Shown: one piece after another, positions 55,343 to 64,000 of the stretch | Layout of the letters: every line of letters starts with the position of its first letter | How positions within the stretch are numbered: position 1 is the first letter of the stretch | DNA from: Candidatus Thermofontivivens primus | GTDB taxonomy: Bacteria; Sysuimicrobiota; Sysuimicrobiia; Sysuimicrobiales; Thermofontiviventaceae | Direction of reading: 5' to 3' | DNA length: 64,000 bases | Assembly (NCBI GenBank): GCA_031458695.1 | Contig: JAVKJW010000001.1 | Coordinates: 1-64,000, forward strand | Notes under the pieces: model-generated | The model's input: only the letters and a program-made list of their open reading frames with translations | Told to the model about the DNA's origin: nothing | Database searches by the model: none | Position numbers and translations under genes: made by a program

Positions 55343-56725
55343 ATGCGAAAGGCACCCTTCCTCATCCTCATCGTTTTTTCCCTCCTTTTTCTCGGTGAGA
55401 CCACGACAGGAGCAGAGGAGAGCGCGTGGCCGTTGTTCGGCTACGATCTCGTCCATACGAACTTCAACCCGGTAGAAAAACACATCAATTCTGCATCTGT
55501 GCCTCACATGCAGGTGGCTTGGCGCCTCCAGGCCGACGGGCCGGTACACATGCCGGTGGTCGACCGAGAGATTGCTTATTTCGGATCGTGGGCGGGAACG
55601 TTCTACGCCGTGGAGGTCTCCACGGGGAAGGTGCGCTGGCGCATCACAACGGAGACCTATCCGGAACCCCGCTACGGTTTCCCCACTCTCGGCGTTACGG
55701 CCACAGCTGCGGTGCAGGACGGCAGGATCTACTTCCCCACAGCGCTGGCCCGCGTTTGGTGCGTGGACGCGCGGACGGGGAAAGTCCTCTGGAGGCAGGC
55801 CATTGGGAATCCCAAGGCGGATGACATCTCCTGGTCCTCGCCGGTGGTGCACAGGGGTAGAGTCTACATCGGCGTCTCCTCGCGCAGCGACCATCCTACC
55901 CAGAAAGGGAAGGTGGTCGCCCTCGATGCCCGAACGGGGAAGATCCTCTGGACCTTCTCCACGGTCACCTATGCCACCCCCGAATGGGACGCCGGTGGAT
56001 CCGGCGTGACCTCCACGCCCACGTTAGATCCCCGCAGGAACGTCCTGTACATCACCACCGGGAACCCGCGCAGCCCGACCAAGGAACTACCGCCAGGTCC
56101 TAACCTCTATTCCGAAAGCATCCTCGCCCTGGATGCCCGCACAGGGAGGAAGCTCTGGCACTACCAGGCGACGCCACGCGACCCTCTGGACCTTGACTTC
56201 ATCGCGTCGGCGAACTTGTTCACCATTCGCAAGAACGGCACGGCGATACAGGTCGTGGGAGCCGGGAAAAAGGACGGTTTTTACTACTTAGTCGATGCAG
56301 AGACCGGGCGTCTCATCTACAAGAAAGCCTTAGGAACGAAGGAGTACGGAGCAACCATCATGGGCGACGCAGCCCTCGCGCATGGAAGGCTCTACCTCGG
56401 CGTGACGCTCTTCTCCCCGCAAGGACCCAGGGGGAAGATGGCTGCCCTGGAGCCAGCCACCGGGCGGGTGCTCTGGGAACGACCCCTCCTGGCCCACACC
56501 TTCAACCGCCCAACAGCTGCAGGAGATGTCGTCTTCCTGGGGGATTATAAGGGGAACTTGTATGCGTTTGAGATGGCAAGTGGGAAGCTCCTTTGGCATC
56601 GCGCCATGGGAGGACGCATCGGCCCACGCGGGAAGGACGGCGTGACCGTTGCTGCAGGCGTCGTGCTGGTGCCGTTGGGGTACCCTGCAAATGTCCTCGC
56701 TGCCCTCCGCCCATCCCTGCGGTGA
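55343..56725 (+). CDS. Exported PQQ-binding-like beta-propeller (PVA/alcohol dehydrogenase-like)
   Basis: Signal peptide; repeated ALDARTGK..W blades; YITTGN, DLDF, KDG. Confidence 0.8.
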   Translation: MRKAPFLILIVFSLLFLGETTTGAEESAWPLFGYDLVHTNFNPVEKHINSASVPHMQVAWRLQADGPVHMPVVDREIAYFGSWAGTFYAVEVSTGKVRWRITTETYPEPRYGFPTLGVTATAAVQDGRIYFPTALARVWCVDARTGKVLWRQAIGNPKADDISWSSPVVHRGRVYIGVSSRSDHPTQKGKVVALDARTGKILWTFSTVTYATPEWDAGGSGVTSTPTLDPRRNVLYITTGNPRSPTKELPPGPNLYSESILALDARTGRKLWHYQATPRDPLDLDFIASANLFTIRKNGTAIQVVGAGKKDGFYYLVDAETGRLIYKKALGTKEYGATIMGDAALAHGRLYLGVTLFSPQGPRGKMAALEPATGRVLWERPLLAHTFNRPTAAGDVVFLGDYKGNLYAFEMASGKLLWHRAMGGRIGPRGKDGVTVAAGVVLVPLGYPANVLAALRPSLR

Positions 56726-56731
56726 TTGGGA

Positions 56732-58012
56732 CTAAGAAAGCCGCTCATCCCTCCTTTTTTGAGGTTTGAGATGCCGGTCCCACAGGCCGACGGTCATCAC
56801 TGCGAGCAGACCTAAACAACCCGCTACGAAGAACCCCGTGCGCGGCCCCCACAGATCCATCACGCCTCCAGTCAGAAGGGCCCCAAGAGGGGTGGATCCG
56901 GCAAAGAGCAGCGTGTACATGCTCATCACCCTGCCCCTGAGGTGATCAGGGACGAGGACCTGCACCGAGGTGTTGGTCGTGGCGGTGAACGTGATCATGG
57001 AGAATCCTGCAATGGCCGCAAGCCCTACAGCGGGAGGGAGACTCCCTACAAGCCCCATCCCCAATACAGCCAGGGAGACTGCGGTCGCTCCGCCATAGCG
57101 AAGCTCAGTGCGAGGACCAAAGCGGCTCGCCCCGGCAAGGGCGAGAGCTCCACTGAACGCGCCAATTCCCATGGCGGCCATGACGAACCCGTAAGATCGA
57201 GCATCTCCATGGAGCATGGTACGAGCCAAGACGGGGATCAACACGTTGAAGTTCAGGACCGCCGTGCTCACAGCACCGAGAAGCGCAAGGGAAGTGAGGA
57301 TTGCGGGAGTGCGCAGGATGTATCCCAGACCATCCCGGATGTCCTGAAGGATGTTCCCTGGTGGGGAGGGATCGACAGGGAGAGGTTCGATGCGGGAGAG
57401 AGCCCATAGCACAGCGAGAAAGCTGATCCCGTTGAGGAAGAATGCCGGGGCGAGGCCGAAGCGAGCGATGACGAACCCCGCGATCGCGGGGCCAATGATC
57501 CGGGCCGCGTTGAAGTTGGCAGAGTTCAGGGCAATGGCGTTCATGAGGTCCCTCCGCCCCACCAGTTCCACCAAGAACGATTGGCGAGCCGGCATGTCAA
57601 AGCTGTTCACGATCCCCAGCAGGGTCGCCAGTATTGCCACGTGCCAGTAGCGGACAAGATTCGTCCAAGTGAGAAAGCTCAGGAGGAAGGCAAGAGTCAT
57701 GAGGACCGTCTGCGTTGTAAACAAGAGCGCACGCTTGGGAAAGCGATCTGCAATAGCCCCACCGAAGAGGCTGAAGAGCATCACCGGTGCAAACTGCAGG
57801 GCGTTCACGACTCCGAGGAGGAAGGGGGAGTTCGTCAGGGTGAGGACAAGCCAGGCCTGGGCTACCGTCTGCATCCAGGACCCGATGAGAGAGATCCCAT
57901 GACCCACGAAGAAGATGCGGAAGTTCCGATGGCCGAGGGCCGGGAAAAACTTAGCCCTCCTGGAAAGCTGGACCTCTTGTGCGATGGCTTCCCCGTCCAC
58001 TCCAGATTGCAT
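56732..58012 (-). CDS. MFS transporter (MFS_3/DUF894 family)
   Basis: HRNFR, SLIGSWMQ, DMPARQS, NAIALNS, LRGRVMS. Confidence 0.9.
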   Translation of the reverse strand: MQSGVDGEAIAQEVQLSRRAKFFPALGHRNFRIFFVGHGISLIGSWMQTVAQAWLVLTLTNSPFLLGVVNALQFAPVMLFSLFGGAIADRFPKRALLFTTQTVLMTLAFLLSFLTWTNLVRYWHVAILATLLGIVNSFDMPARQSFLVELVGRRDLMNAIALNSANFNAARIIGPAIAGFVIARFGLAPAFFLNGISFLAVLWALSRIEPLPVDPSPPGNILQDIRDGLGYILRTPAILTSLALLGAVSTAVLNFNVLIPVLARTMLHGDARSYGFVMAAMGIGAFSGALALAGASRFGPRTELRYGGATAVSLAVLGMGLVGSLPPAVGLAAIAGFSMITFTATTNTSVQVLVPDHLRGRVMSMYTLLFAGSTPLGALLTGGVMDLWGPRTGFFVAGCLGLLAVMTVGLWDRHLKPQKRRDERLS

Positions 58013-58141
58013 ATGCACCTCCTCCATCCTATCACCCTCCCCCACCAGGGACAACCCGTTCCACACGAGACCCGCCGCATGTCAAGTGTCTCTTTATGCA
58101 AGGAACTCCCCATGTTACACTGACTGTGCAGGAGGTCCGTG

Positions 58142-58876
58142 ATGAACCCAGTGATCGTCCAATTCGGCCCCATCGCTATCCGCTGGTACGGGGTCATGGT
58201 TGCACTCACCATCCTCGGAGGAACCGCACTGGCCTATCGCTTCGGGCGCCGCTTCGGGATCCCCCAAGAGGCCTTCGACCGCCTGCTCTTGCCGTTCGTC
58301 ATCGTCCTCGTAGCGGGAGCACGCCTGGGCTACGTCCTCAGCCATCCGGCGGAGTTCACCAATCCCCTGGAAATCCTGCGCATTGACCGTGGCGGTCTCT
58401 CCTCCCATGGAGCGCTGGCCGCAGGCTTTCTGTACCTCACCACCTTCGCCCGCAGACATCAGCTCTCAGTGTGGGCCATGGCAGATGCCATTGTTCCAGC
58501 GATCCCCCTTGGTAATGTCCTCATCCGTTTCGGAAACTTTATGAATGGAGAGCTCTACGGCGATCCCACATCCCTCCCCTGGGGCATCGTTTTCCCGGGA
58601 GTGCCAGGAGGACCCCGTCATCCCCTCCAACTCTACGAAATGGCTGCTGGAGCGATCCTTCTGGCCCTTTGCTCTCCCTGGAGCAAGGCGCGGCGATTTG
58701 AGGGCGAGCTCTTCTGGAAGGTCATCCTTGGGACCTCCCTTGTACGCTTCGGTCTCGACCTCCTCCGGAGTGAGGCCAGGGTCGCTGGTCCGTTCACTTT
58801 GGGCCAGTTCCCCGCGTTGGTCTTGATCGTTGCCGCAGCTTGGATGCTGTATAGACAGGACAGAGCAAAAACGTAG
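58142..58876 (+). CDS. lgt: Prolipoprotein diacylglyceryl transferase
   Basis: IRWYG, GARLGYV, GGLSSHG, RFGNFMNGELYG, RHPLQLYE. Confidence 0.93.
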   Translation: MNPVIVQFGPIAIRWYGVMVALTILGGTALAYRFGRRFGIPQEAFDRLLLPFVIVLVAGARLGYVLSHPAEFTNPLEILRIDRGGLSSHGALAAGFLYLTTFARRHQLSVWAMADAIVPAIPLGNVLIRFGNFMNGELYGDPTSLPWGIVFPGVPGGPRHPLQLYEMAAGAILLALCSPWSKARRFEGELFWKVILGTSLVRFGLDLLRSEARVAGPFTLGQFPALVLIVAAAWMLYRQDRAKT

Positions 58877-59058
58877 AGACCACTCCCCCAGGGGCGTCAG
58901 GGAGGCTCGGGGGATCGCGCTCCAACCGTTGTGGACGCTTGTCCACGTCCTGCTGGCCTTCGCCTATAAGCCGGCATCCTTGAAAGGATCGTGCTGGGAA
59001 TGTGATGGCCAAGTCCAAAAGACCCTTAGCTGACCAGTAAAGGAGAGCGTGAGAGAGG

Positions 59059-60489
59059 TCATTGCATCAGGGTGATCAGGCTCTGTACCACCGAGAGGAC
59101 CGGCGTGGGGAGAATTCCGAGAAGGAGGACGCCCAAAGCTGCAAGGGTCATGGCCACAGAAGCAGGCACGCTGGAATGAACTTGGACGTAGGGACGGGGC
59201 TCCCCACTGGCCACCACATAGGCAACGCGCATGTAGTAGTAAACAGAGACTACGCTTGTGAGCACGCCGAGGACGGCCAGTCCAACCTGTCCACCCTCGA
59301 TGGCCGCGGTAAAGACGTACAGCTTTGCCATGAACCCGCCTGTGGGGGGGATCCCTGCGAGGGAGGCCATGAAGAGCGCCATCGCTACCCCAAGGAGAGG
59401 CCTGCGTGCTCCGACCCCGGCGTAGTCCTCAATGAGGTCCGCCTCCGCCCCATCCCGCTCCAAAAGCGCCACTACCGCGAACGCCCCGAGCGTCATGAAG
59501 AGGTAGTTGAGCAGGTAGAAGACCGTGCTCCAGAGCCCAGAGGGGGTACCAGAGGCGACTCCCACGAGAGCATAGCCAGCGTGAGCGATGCTGGAGTAAG
59601 CCATGAGGCGCTTGAAGTTCCCCTGGAGGAGAGCGACGGTGTTCCCGAGGATCATGGTTGCTGCGGCAATCCCCGCCAGGACTGGGATCCACTGGAGGGC
59701 GAGGAAATCCAACGAGAGGGGAAAGACTCGCAGGATCCCAGCGAAAGCCCCGAGTTTGGCCGCAACCGACATGAACGCTGTCACAGGGAGGGGAGCACCC
59801 TCGTAGACGTCCGGGGCCCATAGGTGAAAAGGGACTGCAGCAGCCTTGAACCCAAGCCCGATTGTCAGAAGACCCATCCCTGCCAGGAGGAGGAAGCTCC
59901 CATGTGAACCAGGGAGGGCATCCAAACGCATCGTCCCGGTCGCGCCGTAGATCAGAGCAACCCCGTATAGGAAGAAGGCCGAGGAAAACGCACCCAGCAG
60001 GAAGTACTTCATGCCCGCCTCCAGGGATCTTGGGCTCCTGCGGGCGAACGCGGCAAGGATATACAACGGGATAGAGAGGGTCTCCAGCCCGAGGAAGAGA
60101 AGGAGGAGGTCCCGCGACCCAGCCATGATCATTGCACCAAGGGTGGAGGCAAAGAGAAGCGCATAGTACTCCCCGCGTTCCAGCTGGAACCTGTGGAGGT
60201 AGCCCGCTCCCACCAGGATCGCCATCCCAAGGGCGAGAAGGAGAACGGTCTCGAACAGCCAAGTGAGCTCATCGCGAACGAACATCCCGGCTGAGTCCGG
60301 AAAAGCGCCCTGTGTGCTGGTTGCGGCTATCCCAAGCGTGACAACTACTGCGGCCAGAGCAGGCCAGCGCAGCAACGCACGTCGTCTTTCTCCCAGCAGG
60401 AGGTCAAGGGCCAAGAGAGCGACCAAAGCAACGGCGACGGAGATCTCCGGTGCCAGGATCCGAAGGTCCATTGAGGGAAAGGCGTTCAC
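59059..60489 (-). CDS. nuoN: NADH-quinone oxidoreductase subunit N
   Basis: EAGMKYF, FK...VPFH.WAPDVYEGAP, KRLMAYSSIAHAGY, GIPPT.GF.AK. Confidence 0.95.
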   Translation of the reverse strand: MNAFPSMDLRILAPEISVAVALVALLALDLLLGERRRALLRWPALAAVVVTLGIAATSTQGAFPDSAGMFVRDELTWLFETVLLLALGMAILVGAGYLHRFQLERGEYYALLFASTLGAMIMAGSRDLLLLFLGLETLSIPLYILAAFARRSPRSLEAGMKYFLLGAFSSAFFLYGVALIYGATGTMRLDALPGSHGSFLLLAGMGLLTIGLGFKAAAVPFHLWAPDVYEGAPLPVTAFMSVAAKLGAFAGILRVFPLSLDFLALQWIPVLAGIAAATMILGNTVALLQGNFKRLMAYSSIAHAGYALVGVASGTPSGLWSTVFYLLNYLFMTLGAFAVVALLERDGAEADLIEDYAGVGARRPLLGVAMALFMASLAGIPPTGGFMAKLYVFTAAIEGGQVGLAVLGVLTSVVSVYYYMRVAYVVASGEPRPYVQVHSSVPASVAMTLAALGVLLLGILPTPVLSVVQSLITLMQ

Positions 60490-62096
60490 CGACCCTCACC
60501 TCTCATCTCCTCAGGTTGCAAAGTGGCACGTGGATAGGTTGGCAGGTTGGAATCTTTAACCGCATAGTCTGCGAACTTGCTCACGTGTGTCCTGAGAACC
60601 GTCGTTGGAAAGGTGCGCTCCTGGACACGAGTCACCAGTCTCTCCACAGAAGCCTCTGTCCGGACCAGGAATGGGCGCGGGTAGATCCCGATCCAGAAGA
60701 TGAGCAGGAGCAAGGGGAGGAACACGAGGAGCTCCCGTCGCTTCACATCCACAAGGCGCTCAGGCGAGCGGGCCCTTACCGGACCGTGCATCACCTGCTC
60801 GATCATCCACAGGAGGTAGACAGCAGAGAGGATCACTCCCAAAACCGCCACCGCAGCATACCGCCAGTCGCTCCGAAAGACCCCCAGGAGGATCAGGAAC
60901 TCGCCCACGAACCCGTTGGTACCTGGAAGAGCCATGGAGGAGAGGCTCACAATCAACACAACGACAGCGAATGTCGGCATCAGCCTGGCTACACCCCCGA
61001 AGTCATGGAGCATCCGGGTGTGCACGCGGTCATAGAGAATGCCCACGATCAAGAAGAGCCCCCCCGTGCTGATTCCATGGTTGACCATCTGGAGCAAGCT
61101 CCCTTGGATAGCTTGTTGGTTGAGGGCGAAAATCCCAAGGATCACGAGCCCCAAGTGGCTCACACTGGAGTATGCCACAAGCCGCTTGACGTCCTGTTGC
61201 CTCCACGCAACAAGCCCGCCGTAGACGATGCCGATCAGGGCCAGGATGCTGAAAAGATCTGCAACGCTTCTACTAGCCTCCGGGAAGAGGGGGAGGCCGA
61301 AACGCAGGAACCCGTATGCCCCTACCTTCAGAAGGAGGGCCGCCAGGATCACGCTCCCCGCCGTGGGCGCCTCCACGTGAGCATCGGGGAGCCAGGTATG
61401 CAAAGGCCAGATGGGGACCTTGATGGCAAAGGCAAGCGCAAAGGCCGCGAAGAGCCACATCTGGGTGGAAGGGGGAAGGCGGATCCCCTGGAGTTCCAGG
61501 AGGTCGAAGGTGGGGATGCCCAGGAAGGACCGGCCTTGCAGGTGGAGGACCACAATGGCGACAAGCATCAGGACGCTCCCGGCCATGGTATACAGGAAGA
61601 ACTTGATCGCTGCGTAGGAGCGGCGGGGCCCGCCCCAGATGCCGATAAGAAAGTACATGGGGATGAGCATCCCCTCCCAGAACACGTAGAACAAAATGAG
61701 GTCCAAGCTGAGGAAGGTTCCCAGAATCGCCGTCTCCAAGAGGAGCATGAGGGCAGTGAACTCCCTCACTTTCTCCGTCACGGACTCCCAGGAGGAAAGG
61801 AGAGCGAGGGGGAAGATCACGGCTGTAAGCGCCACGAGGAGCACGGAGACGCCATCGACCCCGAGGTGATAGGAGATCCCAAGTGGGGGGATCCACGGCG
61901 CACGCTCCTCCATCTGCATCCCTGCGACGCCTGGGCTGAACCGCAAGAACATCCAGATGGCCAGGGCGAGGGTGAGCAGGCTGCTAAGGAAACCAAGCCA
62001 GCGGGTGATGTGCGCGCGCCCGTTCACGAATGCCACGACCACAGCCCCCGCCAGGGGCGTGAAGACCAAGGATGTGAGGATCGGAAGTTGCGTCAT
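60486..62096 (-). CDS. nuoM: NADH-quinone oxidoreductase subunit M (extended C-tail)
   Basis: GVDG.S, FWE, PLHTWLPDAHVEAPT, KRLVAYSSVSH, LPGTNGFVGE. Confidence 0.95.
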   Translation of the reverse strand: MTQLPILTSLVFTPLAGAVVVAFVNGRAHITRWLGFLSSLLTLALAIWMFLRFSPGVAGMQMEERAPWIPPLGISYHLGVDGVSVLLVALTAVIFPLALLSSWESVTEKVREFTALMLLLETAILGTFLSLDLILFYVFWEGMLIPMYFLIGIWGGPRRSYAAIKFFLYTMAGSVLMLVAIVVLHLQGRSFLGIPTFDLLELQGIRLPPSTQMWLFAAFALAFAIKVPIWPLHTWLPDAHVEAPTAGSVILAALLLKVGAYGFLRFGLPLFPEASRSVADLFSILALIGIVYGGLVAWRQQDVKRLVAYSSVSHLGLVILGIFALNQQAIQGSLLQMVNHGISTGGLFLIVGILYDRVHTRMLHDFGGVARLMPTFAVVVLIVSLSSMALPGTNGFVGEFLILLGVFRSDWRYAAVAVLGVILSAVYLLWMIEQVMHGPVRARSPERLVDVKRRELLVFLPLLLLIFWIGIYPRPFLVRTEASVERLVTRVQERTFPTTVLRTHVSKFADYAVKDSNLPTYPRATLQPEEMRGEGR

Positions 62097-62173
62097 CTTC
62101 TTTCACTCCCCTAGGGCAATCCCCGCGGGGTCCAGAACCCACCTATGGTTGGACAGACATAGGGATCTACCCC

Positions 62174-64000
62174 CTACCGGAACAACCAGTACCCCAAGAG
62201 GAACAGAGTTCCCGCAAGGAACACCAGGGCGTAGTTCCTCAGGTAGCCTGTCTGGAAAAGCCTCAGGCCTGCGCCGATCGCGCGAACCAGGACGCCGACG
62301 CCGTTCACCACCCCGTCGATGAGCAGAGGATCAAACACCTCGGCAAGACCCTGGGCGATCCTCCTGCCTGGGGTCACAATCAGGATCTGGTAAAGTTCCT
62401 CGATGTAAAACTTCCGGGAAACTACCCGCGAAAGGGTGGGGTTCGCAAGTCGCAAAGCCCCTCGGAGATAGACCGCCCAGGCCAAGAGAAGGCCGGCAAG
62501 GCCCGCGAGCACTGGAGCGAAACCAAGCGCCAGAGCATGTGGGAGTTCCCTTTCCATGAACACAGGGGCCAAGAGGCGCAAAAGCGGCTCCCCGCCCCAC
62601 GAGGCCCCAAGCCAACCACCCAAAGCTGCCAAGCCCACAAGAATCCACATCGCCGTCGCCATGAGGGGCGGGGCCTCATGGACATGATCGTAGGTCCGGG
62701 GCGCTGGGCTGAAGAACGTGAGTGTAGCCGCCCGGCCGATGTAGACGGCGGTGAGGAAGGCTGTCCCGACCCCCAACACCCAGGCGGCTCCTTTCTCTTG
62801 GCCCAGGAGGTGGAGGAGGATAAGATCCTTGCTGTAGTACCCGGAGAGCGGCGGGATCCCGGCAAGGGCCAGGGCGCCGACGAGAAAAGCAAAGGTCGTT
62901 GCTGGCAGATGCGGCCACAACCCTCCCAAACGCTGGAGGTTCGTCTCCCCATGCACTGCGTGCATGACGGCCCCCGCCGCGAGGAAGAGGAGCGCCTTGA
63001 AGAAGGCATGCGTGGTCAGGTGGAAAATGGAGGCTGCGAATGCCCCAACCCCCGCAGCCATGAACATGTACCCGAGCTGGCTGATGGTAGAGTAGGCCAG
63101 GACACGCTTGAGATCTTGTTCGGTAATGGCGACAGAGGCGGCAAACAGGGCGGTCAGCGTACCCACCGCCAGGATCACCTCCATGGTCAGGGGAGCCAGG
63201 GAGAATAAGGGATGGAGGCGAGCGATCATGTAGACCCCGGCCGTCACCATGGTGGCGGCGTGGATAAGGGCGCTCACCGGGGTCGGCCCTTCCATGGCAT
63301 CGGGAAGCCAGAGGTAGAGCGGAAGCTGGGCCGATTTCCCCGTGGCCCCTGTAAACAGAAGCAGGGTAACGACGGTGGCCGTGAAGTCGCCGGGGGAGAA
63401 CGCATCAGACGCGCGATGGAGGATCCCCTGGATCTCTACGGTCCCTAGGCGGAGAAGCAGGAGGACGATCCCCAGCAGGAACGCTGCGTCGCCGATCCTG
63501 TTGACGACGAATGCCTTTCGACCCGCCATGGCCGCCTGGGGGCGCTCGAACCAGAAGCCAATGAGGAGGTAGGAGCATAGGCCGACAAGCTCCCATCCCA
63601 CGAACAGGAGGAGAAGGTTATCGGCGAGGACCAGGAGGAGCATGGAGAACACAAAAAAGTTGAGATAGGTGAAGTAACGGGAGTAATCAGGGTCCTCTCC
63701 CATGTAGGCAGTGGAATAGAGATGGATGAGGAAGCTCACCCCGCTCACCAGGAGGGCCATCCAACCTGAAAGCGTATCCACGAGAAGCCCGACGTGCACG
63801 GTTACTTCCCCGGAGAGAACCCACGGATACAGAATCAGGGAGAGCCGGCGACCCTCCTCAGGGAGGCGCAGGAGATCCAGGAATGTCCACAGGGACCCTA
63901 CGAACGAAGCTCCCACAGCTACGCAGGCAATCCCTGCAACGGCTTTCTTAGACAGCCTCCCACCCACAAGCCCGTTCACGAGCATCCCGGCCAGGGGAGC
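62174..64000 (-). CDS. nuoL: NADH-quinone oxidoreductase subunit L, 5' end outside window
   Basis: GWELVG, NRIGD, KSAQLPL..WLPDAMEGPTPVSALIHAATMV, KRVLAYSTISQLG; frame open to 64000. Confidence 0.95.
   Translation of the reverse strand, partial: APLAGMLVNGLVGGRLSKKAVAGIACVAVGASFVGSLWTFLDLLRLPEEGRRLSLILYPWVLSGEVTVHVGLLVDTLSGWMALLVSGVSFLIHLYSTAYMGEDPDYSRYFTYLNFFVFSMLLLVLADNLLLLFVGWELVGLCSYLLIGFWFERPQAAMAGRKAFVVNRIGDAAFLLGIVLLLLRLGTVEIQGILHRASDAFSPGDFTATVVTLLLFTGATGKSAQLPLYLWLPDAMEGPTPVSALIHAATMVTAGVYMIARLHPLFSLAPLTMEVILAVGTLTALFAASVAITEQDLKRVLAYSTISQLGYMFMAAGVGAFAASIFHLTTHAFFKALLFLAAGAVMHAVHGETNLQRLGGLWPHLPATTFAFLVGALALAGIPPLSGYYSKDLILLHLLGQEKGAAWVLGVGTAFLTAVYIGRAATLTFFSPAPRTYDHVHEAPPLMATAMWILVGLAALGGWLGASWGGEPLLRLLAPVFMERELPHALALGFAPVLAGLAGLLLAWAVYLRGALRLANPTLSRVVSRKFYIEELYQILIVTPGRRIAQGLAEVFDPLLIDGVVNGVGVLVRAIGAGLRLFQTGYLRNYALVFLAGTLFLLGYWLFR

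Noticed and set aside
58877..59058. Possible ncRNA between lgt and nuoN (several small hairpins)
   Set aside because: No recognisable family motif or promoter; compatible with convergent terminator structures.
1143..62114. Long antisense/shadow ORFs (e.g. 1143-2360, 4152-5444, 10570-11763, 27394-28758, 35652-36965, 39786-41459, 60450-62114)
   Set aside because: They lie opposite well-supported genes, which is expected in high-GC DNA, and show no recognisable motifs.
1..64000. CRISPR array, rRNA, transposase, riboswitch
   Set aside because: No repeat-spacer pattern, rRNA-like stretch, DDE/HUH/recombinase motif or known riboswitch core was recognised.

Overview
GC-rich bacterial chromosome segment. 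Gene content suggests an aerobic, possibly thermophilic Terrabacteria lineage such as the Chloroflexota/Armatimonadota neighbourhood; this is inference, not a taxonomic result. Left to right: (1) a minus-strand Calvin-cycle operon (tal, Form I-like rbcL with no rbcS, prk, split tkt, archaeal-type GAPDH, FBP aldolase/phosphatase running off the left edge), divergent from an orphan LytTR response regulator with three 21-bp-periodic boxes between them; (2) DUF1848, PHP hydrolase, nitroreductase, FAD reductase, ICMT-like protein, sdpRI, tRNA-Gln, ridA, MacAB-like exporter, ppx; (3) a sulfur amino-acid operon (cystathionine gamma-lyase, CysO-like carrier with a tail after GG, CBS, SbnI-like serine kinase, CysM, Mec/JAB, Rrf2) followed by an ECF sigma/ZAS anti-sigma pair; (4) arsR-trx-arsP-trx-radical SAM; (5) four exported proteins and an EAL remnant beside tRNA-Thr; (6) two two-component clusters; (7) two tandem heme-copper oxidase operons (A1 and A2 type) separated by a Hod-like dioxygenase flanked by a duplicated coxD 3' end and a DUF4143 ATPase pseudogene, then a regulator, cupredoxin, half-size ctaA, ctaB; (8) PQQ-type propeller, MFS, lgt and nuoNML. 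No CRISPR array, rRNA, integrase or transposase was seen. Best candidates for undescribed biology are the serine kinase/sulfur carrier cysteine route and the LytTR-linked, small-subunit-less Rubisco operon. All protein calls come from motif recognition by eye, with no database searches.
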